Shown here: positions 14,201 through 26,430 of the stretch, piece by piece
Layout of the letters: each line of letters opens with the position of its first letter
Position numbering within the stretch: position 1 is the stretch's first letter
From: Camelus ferus
Lineage: Eukaryota
Assembly: GCF_009834535.1 (NCBI RefSeq)
Contig: NC_045697.1
Span: forward strand, 68,326,001-68,390,000
Direction: 5' to 3'
DNA: 64,000 bases
Notes under the pieces: generated by a model
What the model was told of the DNA's origin: nothing
The model's input: only the letters and a program-made list of their open reading frames with translations
The model's database searches: none
Translations under genes and position numbers: made by a program

Positions 14201-15714
14201 CATCATAAACACAATACTGTTTTTGTCTTGTCAGATCTTAATGGCAAGACTGAAACAGGTCAGAGGTTAGCTAATTTATGCCATCACAGTATTGGGAAAA
14301 TTAAAATGTAATAAAACTCAATTGGCTTCAAGTGCTAAGTCCATACAGACTCTAAAATAGAAATAGGCATTGCCAGGAGAAAGCTGAAAAGGTCTATTTC
14401 AAAATGTAGTTATTATACAGAATCAATTGCAATTTTAATAGAAATCATACTTTATCATAGACAGGATAAAAATTACATGCTGCTACATCAAGGTAACACA
14501 TAAATAGTACCATCATAACAAATAAAATAAAAAAGCACATCCTTGGAAATTATAGGGACCTTGATAATTCTTGACACAACTTTTATATTTTATTCATTCC
14601 ATAAAACTCAAAAAAGCATAAGTGATGAGCGAGACATGAAAGCTTTCCTATGTCAATTGAAAATAAAAAATAAATATGGTTTTGGAAAATACCCACACAA
14701 GAGATCACCATGGGAAAAGGAGTAGTAGGGGCAGCAAGTTTTAAAACCTGTAGTTAAAAACCTGCAAACACTACCTTTGGCTACAAAGAAAAGTCCAGTT
14801 TCTTGAGTTACAGTTGTTTATACACAGTACATATTTGCATAAAGTTAACCAACATTTTCAGGATTGTGGATTTGCTGACTTCTTAAAGCACAGAATTTTA
14901 CTATGAATAATTTCCAGTAGTATGTAGATATTTAGTAGTTGATGCTCAAAATGAAAAGTGAGTACAAAGTCTCCTTTATTTCTTTTTCCAAAGTACTTTT
15001 CATATTCCATTGTTGCACATGACACCTTGGCAGGCTGTTTTCCCAGCCAGAAGAAAGTAAAGCAAAATTGAGGCTTTACTAACTTCAAAATGTGTGTCAT
15101 TGAAAAATTAAAATAAAAGTTGTATTATAGTTAGTGAATATATTTCCTGTAATTATATCCTGAAACAAAGAACTAAATGGAAACCATGTCAAACATAATA
15201 AAAATGAAACAAAATATGGAAACAAAACAATAAAAATAAAAGACAAAACAAGAAGAGAGATAGTTGCTGCATAAAAACCAAAACTTCTATTTTTCATTGC
15301 CCAGAAAGAACCAAAAACAATGTTTAAAGTCTGGTATCCAAGTTGTCTGAATGCCAAATTAACATTATTCAGTTTATTGCATATTCCAGGGTAAGAGAAA
15401 GCATAAATGGAGAAAATGACCAGCCTTAAGAAATCTAAGGCCTTTTATGTACTGAGGGAATTTATAAATCTTCCCCTGTTTTTGCCATTTCGGTAGAAAA
15501 TGATTACACCATGGTCTTACTTGGTAGTATATAATTTTTTTTAGTGTAGGGCAGCAACAGGTAAATAGAAGCTACCTATCCTACCAGATAGATAGATTGC
15601 CAGAGATAGAAACTCAGACATCAGGAAATATTATAGTTTTAGAATGAGTACATTCTTAACACCACTCAAAATAAATATCAAAGGCAGGGTATAATGAGGA
15701 CGGTCTTGATAACT

Positions 15715-15960
15715 GGGTAGGCAAGAGTGTGGTCTTTGGAGCTGGACTGGCTAGAATCAAATCCCAGCCTTGTCTTTTAATAGTTACATGATCTTAAGTA
15801 AATTACTTGATTTTTTAATGTCTCAATTTCTTCATCTATAGAATGAGGTCAATAGTAGTAACTACCTTCTTTAATTATTGTGAGGAATAACTGAGTAAAG
15901 AGAAACCCTCCAAATAGTGTCTAATGTACTTTAAGAAGTACAAAAGTGTTTGCTATTGTG
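15715..15960 (+). mobile_element. MIR SINE
   Basis: TCAAATCCCAGC..ATGATCTTAAGTAAATTACTT..TCTCAATTTCTTCATCTATAGAATG. Confidence 0.75.
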
Positions 15961-16269
15961 TCATAGAAAACAAACAAACAAACCAAAAATTCCCCCACAG
16001 TTATCAGTAAGTAGACACACATTGTGATTATTTTGTGTGAATCCCTGTGTTTGTGATTTCTGGCTCATTAATTTACCTACTGCTTAAAATACCTCTACAA
16101 AGTACATATTAAGTTATTCATGTGTTAATAATGAAAAAGGCATAGATGTCACATTTTTTTGTGGAGACTTTAATGATTTTCTATGACCGGGTTTGTTGCT
16201 TTTCCTGTGAGTCTCTGTAGTATGCCATACTGCTCTCCATAGTTTCAGTTGCCAAGCAGCACTGTAATT

Positions 16270-16410
16270 GCCTATTTTCATTGTCTTCCACACCATACTA
16301 TAAATTCTGTGAAGGCAGAGTCTGTGTTTTCTCCAACTCAAATATCTTGAGTGTTTGGCATAGTGCCTATCTTTAGTAGTGACCCATAATCATTTGTTAA
16401 GCATTCTATG
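16270..16410 (+). mobile_element. L2 3' end
   Basis: ACTATAAATTCTGTGAAGGCAGAGTCTGTGT..GCATAGTGCCT. Confidence 0.65.
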
Positions 16411-16519
16411 AAATTCTCTGGAACAGACTCTAGATTGAGTGGCCCAAAACTCATTTTTAATCATCCTTTTCCTCGTTTCCTTTGTTATAGATACTGTAAA
16501 CTTACAGATACGGTACATG

Positions 16520-17310
16520 TAACTCTGAAAGACTCTGTCACTTGTCCAGCCTCTCTTGTAGCTAAGACCATGTGATGCAGTTCTGGCCAATGAGCTATAC
16601 ATGAATCAGCATGAGAGAGGGTGGTGGTATTAGAAGCCTTTGTTTTTCTTCTAAAAGGGAGATAAGGGTAACAGGTCCCATTACTTTCTGTTTTCATAGT
16701 AAACATGAGTTGTAGAGCTGTGCCAATCATCTTAAGATCTCAAAGTGATAACCGCAGTAGTACAGACTAAAATTGTGTCCCCCCACTAAAATTCATATGT
16801 CTTACCGTCCAGTACCTAAGAATGTGACTATATTTGGAGACGGAATCTTTACAGAGGTAGTTAAAATGAAGTTATTGGGGTTGGCCCCAATTCAGTCTGA
16901 CTGGTGCCCTTATAAGAGGAGACTGGGAAACACACAGGCACAGAGGGAAGACCATATGAAGACACAGGGAGAAGAGGACCCATCTACTGTCCAAGGAGAG
17001 AGGCCTCAGAATGAAACTAACTCTGCTGACATCTTGACCTTAGACTTACAGCCTCCAGAACTATGAGAGAGTGAATTTCTGTTTTAAGCCAGCTAGTTTG
17101 TTGTCCTTTGTTATGGCAGTCCTAGCAAACTAATAAACACATGGATCCAAGCCAACATATAAGAATAACACAGCAGGAGACTTAAACGGCCTGGGTAGGT
17201 AAACCAATACCACTAAGTGCCTAACTTCAGATTTATGTGAGATAAGTAACGCCTACTTGTTTGAGCCATTTTAAGTTACAATTTCTGCTAACTTCAATTG
17301 CTACCTAGAA
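16520..17310 (+). mobile_element. MLT1J/K-like LTR interrupted by an MLT1B-like LTR
   Basis: CCATGTGATGCAGTTCTGGCCAATGAG on the left; TTGTTTGAGCCATT on the right. Confidence 0.6.
16758..17137 (+). mobile_element. MLT1B-like solo LTR
   Basis: AATTGTGTCCCCC..AAAATTCATATG..AGAATGTGACTATATTTGGAGA..GCCTCCAGAACTATGAGA..GGCAGTCCTAGCAAACTAATA. Confidence 0.85.
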
Positions 17311-17396
17311 CACTCTCCATTTTTCTTTGATTCCCAAATGAGTTTGACCTAATTCAGAGTTTTTTCTGTTACCAAAACCTGAATCAATATGCTTAC

Positions 17397-17452
17397 CTGT
17401 TTTCCAGATCAAAGAAACGAGCCAGATTTGAGTCAGAAAATTCAAATGACAG
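17397..17452 (-). other. Candidate isolated 56-nt exon (gene unknown)
   Basis: Minus strand reads TGTCCTTTTGCTGGTTTTGCAG|CTGTCA...GAAAACAG|GTAAGC; two open frames (LSFEFSDSNLARFFDLENR and CHLNFLTQIWLVSLIWKT). Confidence 0.35.
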
Positions 17453-18687
17453 CTGCAAAACCAGCAAAAGGACAATGATTAATTTAAAATAAAATTCATC
17501 ATTATTTTCTTTTTTTTTTGGAATGAGTCTGTTAACAATTGACATTCTCTCTGGGAATGTGATTAAATGGGGGCTTATCTGTAAATATCCCAATATTTCA
17601 ACATTTCTTATAGCTTTTAATAAAGAATATATGTCTGTTGTTTAAAAAAAAACAACAATCTAAGCAAGGATTTTCATAGACGTACATGAAAATTAAAAGT
17701 GGCAGAGGAAAAAAAGAAACTCTAACAGGGTGAAAGTATAATAAAGATCAAGAAAAAATTGAAATTAGAATGGTGATCAAAAAAAACCAAATATACCTAA
17801 ATTCTGTTATTTAGTACTAAAATATTTATTAATGGTACTGTTATTGCAATCCAGGGATTTTTATCACCTTACCACCCCAAATAATTGAGTTTTATTGTTT
17901 TCAGACAGATGGGAAATCCAACACCAAATTTCCTTCTGAAGTTCTTCTCTTTACAACCATCATTGGTGCTATTTTTATACACCTAAATCCCTTAGCAAAT
18001 ACTTCCTAAGGCAAACCTTAGTGTATACACTGTATTGAGATAGGCAGTACAACCACGGGGAAACGAGAGTAAGTGTAAAGGAAAGTGAGGCAGTGAAGAA
18101 GGGCAAGCAAGATTAAAGTTGCATGTTTCTGAACTGTCTCAGCATCCCAGGAAATATAGTCAGGAGCTTAGTTTTGTGGAGTATCTGCAGAGAGACCGTA
18201 TGATACCACCATCTCAAAACTCTCAGGATAGAAAGGGAAAGCAATCTCTCACTGTACATTTCCCAGTCTATCTTTCTTTGGTCAAAGATCATCTCATGTG
18301 GTATTTCCTCTCCACTCTTCTGCATTTTGCTAATTGGCCCCTTTGGGTAGCTGCTGAGGAACCTGGCCCTTCCATGAGTCCAGTTGGGTCACACTGAAGA
18401 GCCAGAGCTGCTTCATCTCAGACCATGAGGGCACAATAGAGTTCTTGCTGAAGCTTGCTCTCAATCATGGGGTGTTAGGACAATTTGAAATGTTGAAGAT
18501 GAGGTAAATGCAGTGGTGAACAGAGCTTGGCTGTGAGCCCATGGAAAGACTGAAAGCCATCATTGGGCTTACTCTGTGTGGGAAGCAGGACAAATGGTCA
18601 ACTCCCCAACCCAGGGTTGGAGTGGAGCTGAGAGATTGGAAGGCTCATAAACTGGCCTGAATACAATTCAATTTTCAGTTATTTACT

Positions 18688-18889
18688 TGTCTGTGAGCTT
18701 ACACTTTCCTTTTTGGCTAATTGTGCAACATTATCACAGTAACAGATTTACTTGCTTGAGGACAGACTCATAATCTATGTATGTACTGTCTGTGAGCTTA
18801 CACTTTCCTTTTTGGCTAATTGTGCAACATTATCACAGTAACAGATTTACTTGCTTGAGGACAGACTCATAATCTATGTATGTACTGTC
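18688..18889. repeat. Perfect 99-bp tandem duplication
   Basis: 18688-18786 is identical to 18787-18885, followed by TGTC (18886-18889), which also begins each unit. Confidence 0.95.
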
Positions 18890-19607
18890 ATTCTTTCTAT
18901 GTATATGTATGAAGTTAACATGAGTTTTAATAGTTGCTTTAATTTCATCATAACCTTATGCTTCAGAACTTACTTTTGAACCGTTTGTAAAGTAATCATT
19001 AAATTCTTTCACTTTTCCCTCTTTTGGTTGTATCCTTTGATGTTAGAAATGTAAGTAGAAGGACACACCCTAACAGAAGTAGAAGGGCCCTTGTATGAGT
19101 AGCATATACTCTTCCTACAGCTCCACTGGTCATCTTGTACATGTGGGACAGGTAGCCTAGGAAAGAAATGAACTTTTATTATGTTAAGCTGCAAAGGTTC
19201 AGGGATATTGTACTACTGAAACATAACTTAATCAGACTCCTAAAAGAAAGCCCCTTCAGACTAGATGATTGAGGACATTTATATGAATTGTCATACAAAC
19301 TACAAGAAGTACAAAAGCTTGACCATAACTGTAGTCTTCAGTAGAAGAATCCAGTGAACCTGTAGTGATCTGAAGAGGGAGATACCAGGAGAGGAAGTAA
19401 CCTACTTTCCTTTTACCCTCCAATCTCTTTGCATTGATTTCTATTGATGAACACTCTTGGAAGCTGGAAGACAAAAGAATCCATCAATGCAGATAATAAC
19501 ATCAACCTCTGCACTCTACCCAACCCCCAACCATGGCATAAAGTAGTGAAGAGGAGTATGAACTATAGCTCTAGTGTGGTAAATGAAAATATGTTATCCT
19601 GATTGAT

Positions 19608-20215
19608 GCAGAAATTGATATTGGTTGCTTCTGTGACAACAAAGCAAAAATGTCTGTGATTAATGTAAAGGCTAGGTAACAAGTAGGGTGATAACTGATA
19701 TAGGAGCCTAAAGGATGGTATAAGTAATATTATACAGGATCAAAGCATTTGGTAACCTTTCCACCTTTGCTTGGATGTCAGCTCTTATACCTTGTATCCT
19801 AGAGGTGGTGGGAAAATTGAATGTTAATGGTATGGAGTTGTTGCTGCTGATTATATTTGGCAAGGTATCAAAGGAAAGAGATGAGTTCAGGAAAACAGAT
19901 TTCAAAAGACGTAGAAATAGTCCACAAATTCTGGGACTTATTTTAGAAGAAAAACTACTTTTCAACTCCAAACCGTAAAAAATAAAATGGAGAAATGCTT
20001 TGCATGAAAAAGGCTGATTAAAATTCAGAATCCTGGCAAGCATCAAATCAAAGTCATAGCCATTAAACTCATTATTAAAACCTCTGAATGGTTTATAGCA
20101 ACACATAGGAAAAAATCCTTTCAATTTGTCAAAATCTCTCCAGGAAAATGATCAAGTGTTTAAATTTCCTACCAAAACCTGATGAGACAATGGTACCTAC
20201 AGTTAAGTCAAGAGA
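19608..20215 (+). mobile_element. MLT1-int 5' fragment
   Basis: CAGAAATTGATATTGG start, AAAGCATTTGGTAAC, AAAGGAAAGAGATGAGTTCAGG resemble MaLR internal sequence. Confidence 0.55.
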
Positions 20216-20219
20216 GCGA

Positions 20220-20515
20220 TTCATGGGGCCTTAGTCAATAAAATGTGAGCAGATGAGATAACATCCATTCTGGGAAGACCTTTTAGAGACAAAGCATATC
20301 TTGCCAGGTTTTCTTCCCTCTGCCATGGCTGTCTAAGAAACAGGAATCAGGATGAAGCCTCTGAAAGCCTTTGGCCTTGGTGGCCATAGTGAGAAGAGCA
20401 CCCTACTGGTCTTTCAGATATGGAACAAGAGTAAGAGACAACATTTGGTTCCAGTAAGCCACTGTGGTTGATTTTGTGGTTATTTATTATCATCTAACAT
20501 ATGTCCAATAATACA
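20220..20515 (+). mobile_element. MLT1I/J-like LTR
   Basis: GTCAATAAAATGTGAGCAGA..TTCCCTCTGCCATGG..AAGCCACTG..AATAATACA end. Confidence 0.6.
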
Positions 20516-20935
20516 AGCTAATAATAAACTTGTGGAATGGAAGATATTATGCGATACAGTAGTAACGATGGAAATGCAAACTGAACAAGTGAAACCACAG
20601 CAGGCAAATACACAAATATGAAAGCCATGAATAACCGCAGCCACAGTAAACTGACTGGTACAACCCGTTTAGGCTCATTTATATCCTTTCAGAGCATAAT
20701 GGTTAGTTAGAGAAAAAGATAATTGCTGTAATGATCATGAAGAATTTTACATTTCAATTTTGTAAGATATATATGAATAAACTGGGATTTTTTTCCGTTG
20801 AAAATTACCTGTCATCTCATGCAATTTTAAATAACTTTCAGTGAGACTGTTATGATCTGTTTCGAAAATAATGAAGACCCAAGCATAGAGAACAGGGGTT
20901 TATGAGGGTGATATGGATGTTCTGATTGGTCTAAG

Positions 20936-21730
20936 TGTGACGTCTGGAATTTCAGGGAGAAATTACATGGTATAGTGTAAAATATATTTGGCTTTGTTCC
21001 TGGTTCTTGGCATAGAACTCCTAAAATCTTTGGAATTGCCTAAGTGATAGGTATCTTTTGTTATTCATAAGGCGTCCCTTTGTATCTACCCTGAGTTTAT
21101 GCTAACTGTGACGCATAGTAAGCACCTAGACAGCTTCAGGATGAGGATTGTAACCAACTGCAAGATTGGAGGATTGGAACTTTGATCCCCCAAACCTCCT
21201 GGGAGTGGGGATGGAGATTAAGGGCAATCACCAGAGGCCTATGATTTAATCAATCATACCTGTGTAACAAAATCTTGACTAGGAACTCTGAATGCCAAGG
21301 TTTCTGGGGGCTTCTAGGTTGGTGAATACATTGGGGTTCTGAGGAAATCCTAGAAAGGGCATGGAAGCTCTGTGTCACCCTACCCTATACCTCTACCCCT
21401 GCAAATTTTTGCCCTGTGCATCTCTTCTGTTTGGCTGTTCCTGAGCTTGTATCTTCTATAATAAAATTGTAACCATAAGCATAATGCTTCCCTGCATTCT
21501 GTGAGTTGTTCTAGTGAATTATCAAATCTGAGGGGGAGGTTGAGGGTACTTCTGAATTTATAACTGACCAGGTAGATGTTTGGACTACCCAAGAGTCCCC
21601 GTTATGTCAGTTCCCCCAGTCTTTTAGGGCTGAGTCCTTAACCTATGGAATCTGGGCTAATTCAGATTAGTTAGTGTCAAAATTGAGTTGAATTATTAAA
21701 CAGCGAGTTGAGTGTTGGAAAACTGTTAGA
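20936..21730 (+). mobile_element. MER21-like ERV LTR
   Basis: CCTGGTTCTTGGCATAGAACTCCTAAA, CCTGAGTTTATGCTAA, GATTTAATCAATCATACC, GGCATGGAAGCTCTG, AATAAA, TTCTGTGAGTTGTTCTAG. Confidence 0.8.
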
Positions 21731-22739
21731 AAGAGATTTATCTCTAGACTCAGAAAACAGCAAGCCAAGTTTAGTCTTGATCTTCCCTGAAACCAAAGTA
21801 CACTAGGCAGTACCTGGGGTTGGATCTCTAAATTGGGACAGAGCAGCTGTGAGGAAATGTACCATACATCTGATAGGAAAATTATATTCTGATTGGAGTA
21901 TAGAAAAGCATCCTTCTTCAGAGGCTGTGAAGTCTGTGTGAAGCAGATCAAATTTCCACACATGGATAAAGCTGGAAAAGAATTACCAAAAGTAGCAATG
22001 AGTGTTTGCTGCTTCTGTTTTTCATAATTTTGTCTAATATTCATATTTAAATTTTCTTAAGTCCTTTTATCCCTATAGATGTGCCATTAGCTTTGACCAG
22101 TTTTTGTTTTGTGGCTCTTCTTTTTAGATGCAACTGTTTCCATGATGATTTAACCCTTGGTTTCTTGTCAAGTATATCTCAGGGTACTAGTTTTGCCCTC
22201 CTCCATAGCTTGCTCTCAGTTTCTACCTTTTCCAGTTGAGCATCTGTTTGTGCCTATAGTCATACCCTTCAGTCTTACAATCCAGGCCAGAATGTCTTCA
22301 GGCCAGTCTCTTAGTTGAGAAATAATCAGTATATGCTTTAAAGAACAATAGTATCAGAATGATGAAGTTCAGGAAAGCTTCAGGCACTTAGAGATACCAA
22401 AAAAGTTCAATATGTCAAGTGGAGCACAACACTATGAAATCCCATATAGACTATTCATTGTGAATAAAATATCTATCTATAGTTAACAAACCTCTCCTTC
22501 CAACTTTCTAGGGATTGGAGATGACAGAAAGCAGGATATAGTCCCACAAAAGAATAAAGGAATGGAATGAGCTAAGAGAACATATTTAAATCCTTAATGG
22601 GAATGTGAGTATTAATCAGGTCGTCATTCAGTACTACTGGGAAGAATCTGTAAGCCCCATCAGGCACTCTTTCTGACCTGCAGCTACCAGGTAACTCCTT
22701 TGGCTGCCAAATTCCATAAAGAAAAAAATGCATCCCATT

Positions 22740-23130
22740 TTCATTTCAAAGTTACAAAAAAAACCTATTAAAACTGACTAAAGGAAAAAGGGTAATTTAT
22801 TATCTTATATAACTAAAAAGTCCAGGAAAAGATCTGATCAGCTGTAGCTTAATACAAAGAGCTAATGGCTGTTTAGACCAGGTCTATTGTCATTTGTTCA
22901 CTGTTCTTTCACCCATTTTGGCTAATTAGAAACTCCTCTTAGTAGCCAGGTGACTACCACCAGTGCCATGGCTACATTCTTCCAGAGTTAAGTTCAGTAT
23001 GAAACAATATGGTCTTCTATTTCAAAAGTCAGACTAACATCTCAGTATCTCTGTAGGTTTTATCCCTTCTGTGAACTGATCAGTGTAGCCAAGGGTAAAG
23101 TGGTGTGTTTAAATATTCTGGCACATCTGA
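22740..23130 (-). mobile_element. Old MLT1 (J/K-like) LTR fragment
   Basis: AAAAAGGGTAATTTATTATCTTATATAACTAAAAAGTCCAGG; CTGATCAGTGTAGCCAAGGG. Confidence 0.5.
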
Positions 23131-23794
23131 TAGACAAAATAATTAGAGCCACTGGCCCCATTTTATGACTATCACAGTAGCCTCCTCTGTCTTTGAGCAT
23201 TACTCAGAAGGGCAAAAGACACACACAAAAAAATGAAAACATTTTTCCTTCCAGTGCTAGATAGAATGTATAGTATAGCTCACAAGCATTCTACAATGGT
23301 ATATGAAAGTTAACAGCATTTTAGTCTAGCCAAAAGGGGCTGAGCTATAGACCAACACGTGTGGATAATAAAGTTGAAAGAAAAATATCAGAACTTAGAA
23401 GCTCAACTTCCCTCTTTAGCCCAATATAGTTAACAGAGTTCAGGATGCAGTCTTGCCTGCATTTATGCCGGAGAGCCCAGTACCTGGGCCAGGTGCATAA
23501 CATCTACAATGCAATGCACAGTATGACTGTTAAGGGATAGTACACATTACAGATACTGCTGAACAAACTTCTCCTCTTCACTCTCAATCTCCCTGAGCTT
23601 ATGCAGCTTGGGCCAGTATCTTCCTGAATTTATTGATACAGAGCTATAATAAAGTTCAGTTATCCAGATGTCTCTGAGAGTCAGGTTAACAAGTTCTTGA
23701 ACTAGTTTTAGAGTCCATTTTTCCCTCTCCATCTGACAGAGAGACATAACTAGAAGGATCAGATCTACTTGGAGATAGTGTTGGGGAAAGGAGA

Positions 23795-24040
23795 AATAAC
23801 TAATACCTGTTAAGTCCTTACCATGTGCGAGGCTTTTATTCTCTATCTATTTTACATAAATTTTCTCTTCCAATTCTTCCAACAGACTGAAAAAATATTA
23901 TTGCATCTTTTATTTTTTCAATTGAGGAAAACTAAGGCTCAGAGAACTCAAGTAATTTACCTAAAATTATACAGCACACAATAATGTTTCAGCTTAATCT
24001 CAGGGCATTCGGTCTCCAAATATTATTCTCTTCCTTCCTA
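23795..24040 (-). mobile_element. MIR SINE
   Basis: TGAGGAAAACTAAGGCTCAGAGAACTCAAGTAATTTACCTAA. Confidence 0.7.
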
Positions 24041-24149
24041 CCCCATCTTTCTTTTACTCCCTTCCTTCTATTTTCTATCGTTATTTTTCATATATATTCA
24101 TTTTAGGATTTTAAAAATAAAAACGCAAAACATTTCAATGCGGCAGGAA

Positions 24150-24348
24150 AAATTCCTTCCTCTGCCTTTTGTTCTATTTAGGTCGTCAGTGGATTGGATG
24201 GTGCCACTCACATTGGGGAGGGCAATCTGTTTTGCTGAGTCTACCCTTTCAAATGCTAATCTCATCTAGAAACAGAGCCCTCAGAAATAATGTTTAATCT
24301 GGGCACTCTGTGACCAGTGAGGTTGACATGCAAAATTAACCATCCCAG
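24150..24348 (-). mobile_element. MLT2 (ERVL) LTR fragment
   Basis: GGATTGGATGGTGCCACTCACATTGGGGAGGGCAATCTG..GTTGACATGCAAAATTAACCATC. Confidence 0.8.
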
Positions 24349-25104
24349 CTACCTTACAAAATCCTCAGAAATACTACTTAACCAAGTAGTTTTAGAGCAG
24401 GGAGGCAGAGCTAAGCTCTGGCTACAATAACAGTGTGGGTGACACAGGTTATGCTGTCCCCATCAGACACTCTCCAAATGCCAGTCAAATCTAGAACCAG
24501 CCAATTCAGCAGCTAAAAAGTCCTGATTGTCCTTGCATCTTTGTATAATGATCACAGATTCTTAAGTTCTGGATAGGAATACTTAATTGTCTACACCAAG
24601 GGCTCAAGTCTACTTTATAGCTCTCTGGAGTAGGAGATAAAATATTTATTTCATTTTACTTTTGTAGTGGGACGTGAGATAATATCTCCTACCTATATTG
24701 AAATTTCCTCCAAATAAAAAGTATATGCAGATGGCAAATGGCCAAAAAACATAAATGAACACTATAATCTAGTTGGAATTTTTTGCGCTCAGTTAGGTAT
24801 AGGTAATTTTCATATTGATGTCAACCCACATACTCTGTAGATTTAGGATGTGTGGGTTCACCATATCTCAGAGATGGAATCCTGAGGAATATTTGTTCCA
24901 TGACAGCCTTAATGACTAGTCTATACCTTGCAGAAAATTCAAGTTAACAAGTAATATGCTCTGTCCATGCTTGGCTTCAAGAAGAGGTATATTCAGCAGG
25001 TCAGTGACTGTGGCTCCAGAAACACTGAGAGAAAACAGCCTCTTTGGTTGTTGTCAGACTTAAAAGTAGGTAAGCAGCAAGCAGCACAATAGATGTGCTT
25101 CCTT

Positions 25105-25360
25105 TTTTTGTGTATGTGTGTATATATGTATATATACATATTATATATATAATTGAAGTCTAATCAGTTTACAATGGTGTGTCAGTTTCTGGTGTACAGC
25201 ATAATGCTTCAGTCATACATGAACATAAGTATATTCATTTTCACATCTTTTTCACCATAAGTTACTGTAAGATATTGGCTATAGTTCCCTGTGCTATAAT
25301 ACAGTGTGAACTTCTTGTTTATCTCTTTTATATATGTGTTAGTATGTGCAAATCTCATAT
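25105..25360 (-). mobile_element. Short L1 3' end with a (TA/TG)n-derived tail
   Basis: Homologous to the L1 3'UTR at 42055-42250 (AATTGAAGT..CAGTTTACAATG..AGTTCCCTGTGCTATA). Confidence 0.85.
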
Positions 25361-26238
25361 TTTCTGCCAATGTAATAGTAATCTGTAGAAATTTATAAAA
25401 ATCAGAAATGTTTACAGAATAAACACCCAAAATCCAGTGATGTTCACTATGCAACTTCATTATGTCTCCCCATGTCTTCTCTGTTTTTGTGTTTATTTTT
25501 ATGGTCATATTACAGATATTTAATGATTTGGGTATTTATTTAGCATGTAAATATATCTTAAACAGTTTTCCTTTATTCTATGTATTCTTCTAAGAACAGA
25601 GTTTTACTCTACTATTTCATAGATGTATCTTAGCCTTTAACCAAACCTTATTGTTGGATACTTAGATTCTTACCACTATTTTGGTACCTCTGACTGACAT
25701 GTTTTATTAAGTTATCTGCCCAGAATATAATGATTTGTTTATCATAGGGAACATCTCTTCCTCACACCTAATTGCTCATTATCTTATTTTGGTTGTAGTG
25801 TCCTGTCTTTGTCAAACATATGTTCAATATTTTCGTAAATGAATTCATAGGTAGTTGGGGTAGGGACTATGTAACCATGTTTTATTTCATGGCCCTGTCT
25901 TGCTGGGCATAGCTTATTGAACAGAGGTTGGGCACTTAGTTCAAGCTAAGCCAGGAGAATTTCTTCCTAGAAATTTGGAATTGAGGCCAAGTAGAATGTA
26001 GTCTCAGACTTGGCTGGTTTCTGAACAAAGATGTAAAGATACGGGCTTCATGATGCAATTATCTTCCACCTGGTAGACTACAGGTATAGCAGGAAATCTG
26101 CAGAGAACCATGAAGTAGAAATGGTAAATTAAAAAGGTAAGAAAAGATGGAGAAAGTACTAAAGATGAGTGCCCTGATGCTTTTTTAAACAGTTATTATT
26201 ATACTTATAAAACTTTTAAAATGTACTCTCTTCATTAG

Positions 26239-26430
26239 CAGTGGTTCTCAATTTTTTATGTGCTTCAGAATTACCAAGGATGTCTGTTAAATATTTAGAT
26301 GCTTTTGTCCACACTGAAAGATTTTGACCCAGTGTGTTTGGACTGGGCCCGAGAATTTACATATTTATTGCACATTCTAGTTCATCGTAGTGCAGGTGGT
26401 ATGAGAAGCACTGTTTGGAAAGTGCTGCAC
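26239..26430. mobile_element. MER5A/B-like hAT MITE
   Basis: CAGTGGTTCTCAA terminus, GGGCCCGAGAATTTACAT, TGCAGGTGGT. Confidence 0.7.

Noticed and set aside
15305..15390. + strand exon-like segment (CCCAG|...CAGG|GTAAGA)
   Set aside because: Unrecognised peptide and no partner exons; chance occurrence is likely in 64 kb
18030..18440. Possible LTR16/LTR33-like ERVL relic (similar segments at ~19280-19460 and ~25830-26190)
   Set aside because: Too decayed to assign family or boundaries by eye
18688..18889. Possible CRISPR-like or satellite array
   Set aside because: Only two adjacent copies, no spacers, eukaryotic context
19708..20124. 138-aa minus-strand ORF
   Set aside because: Lies antisense within a decayed MLT1 internal fragment; no domain
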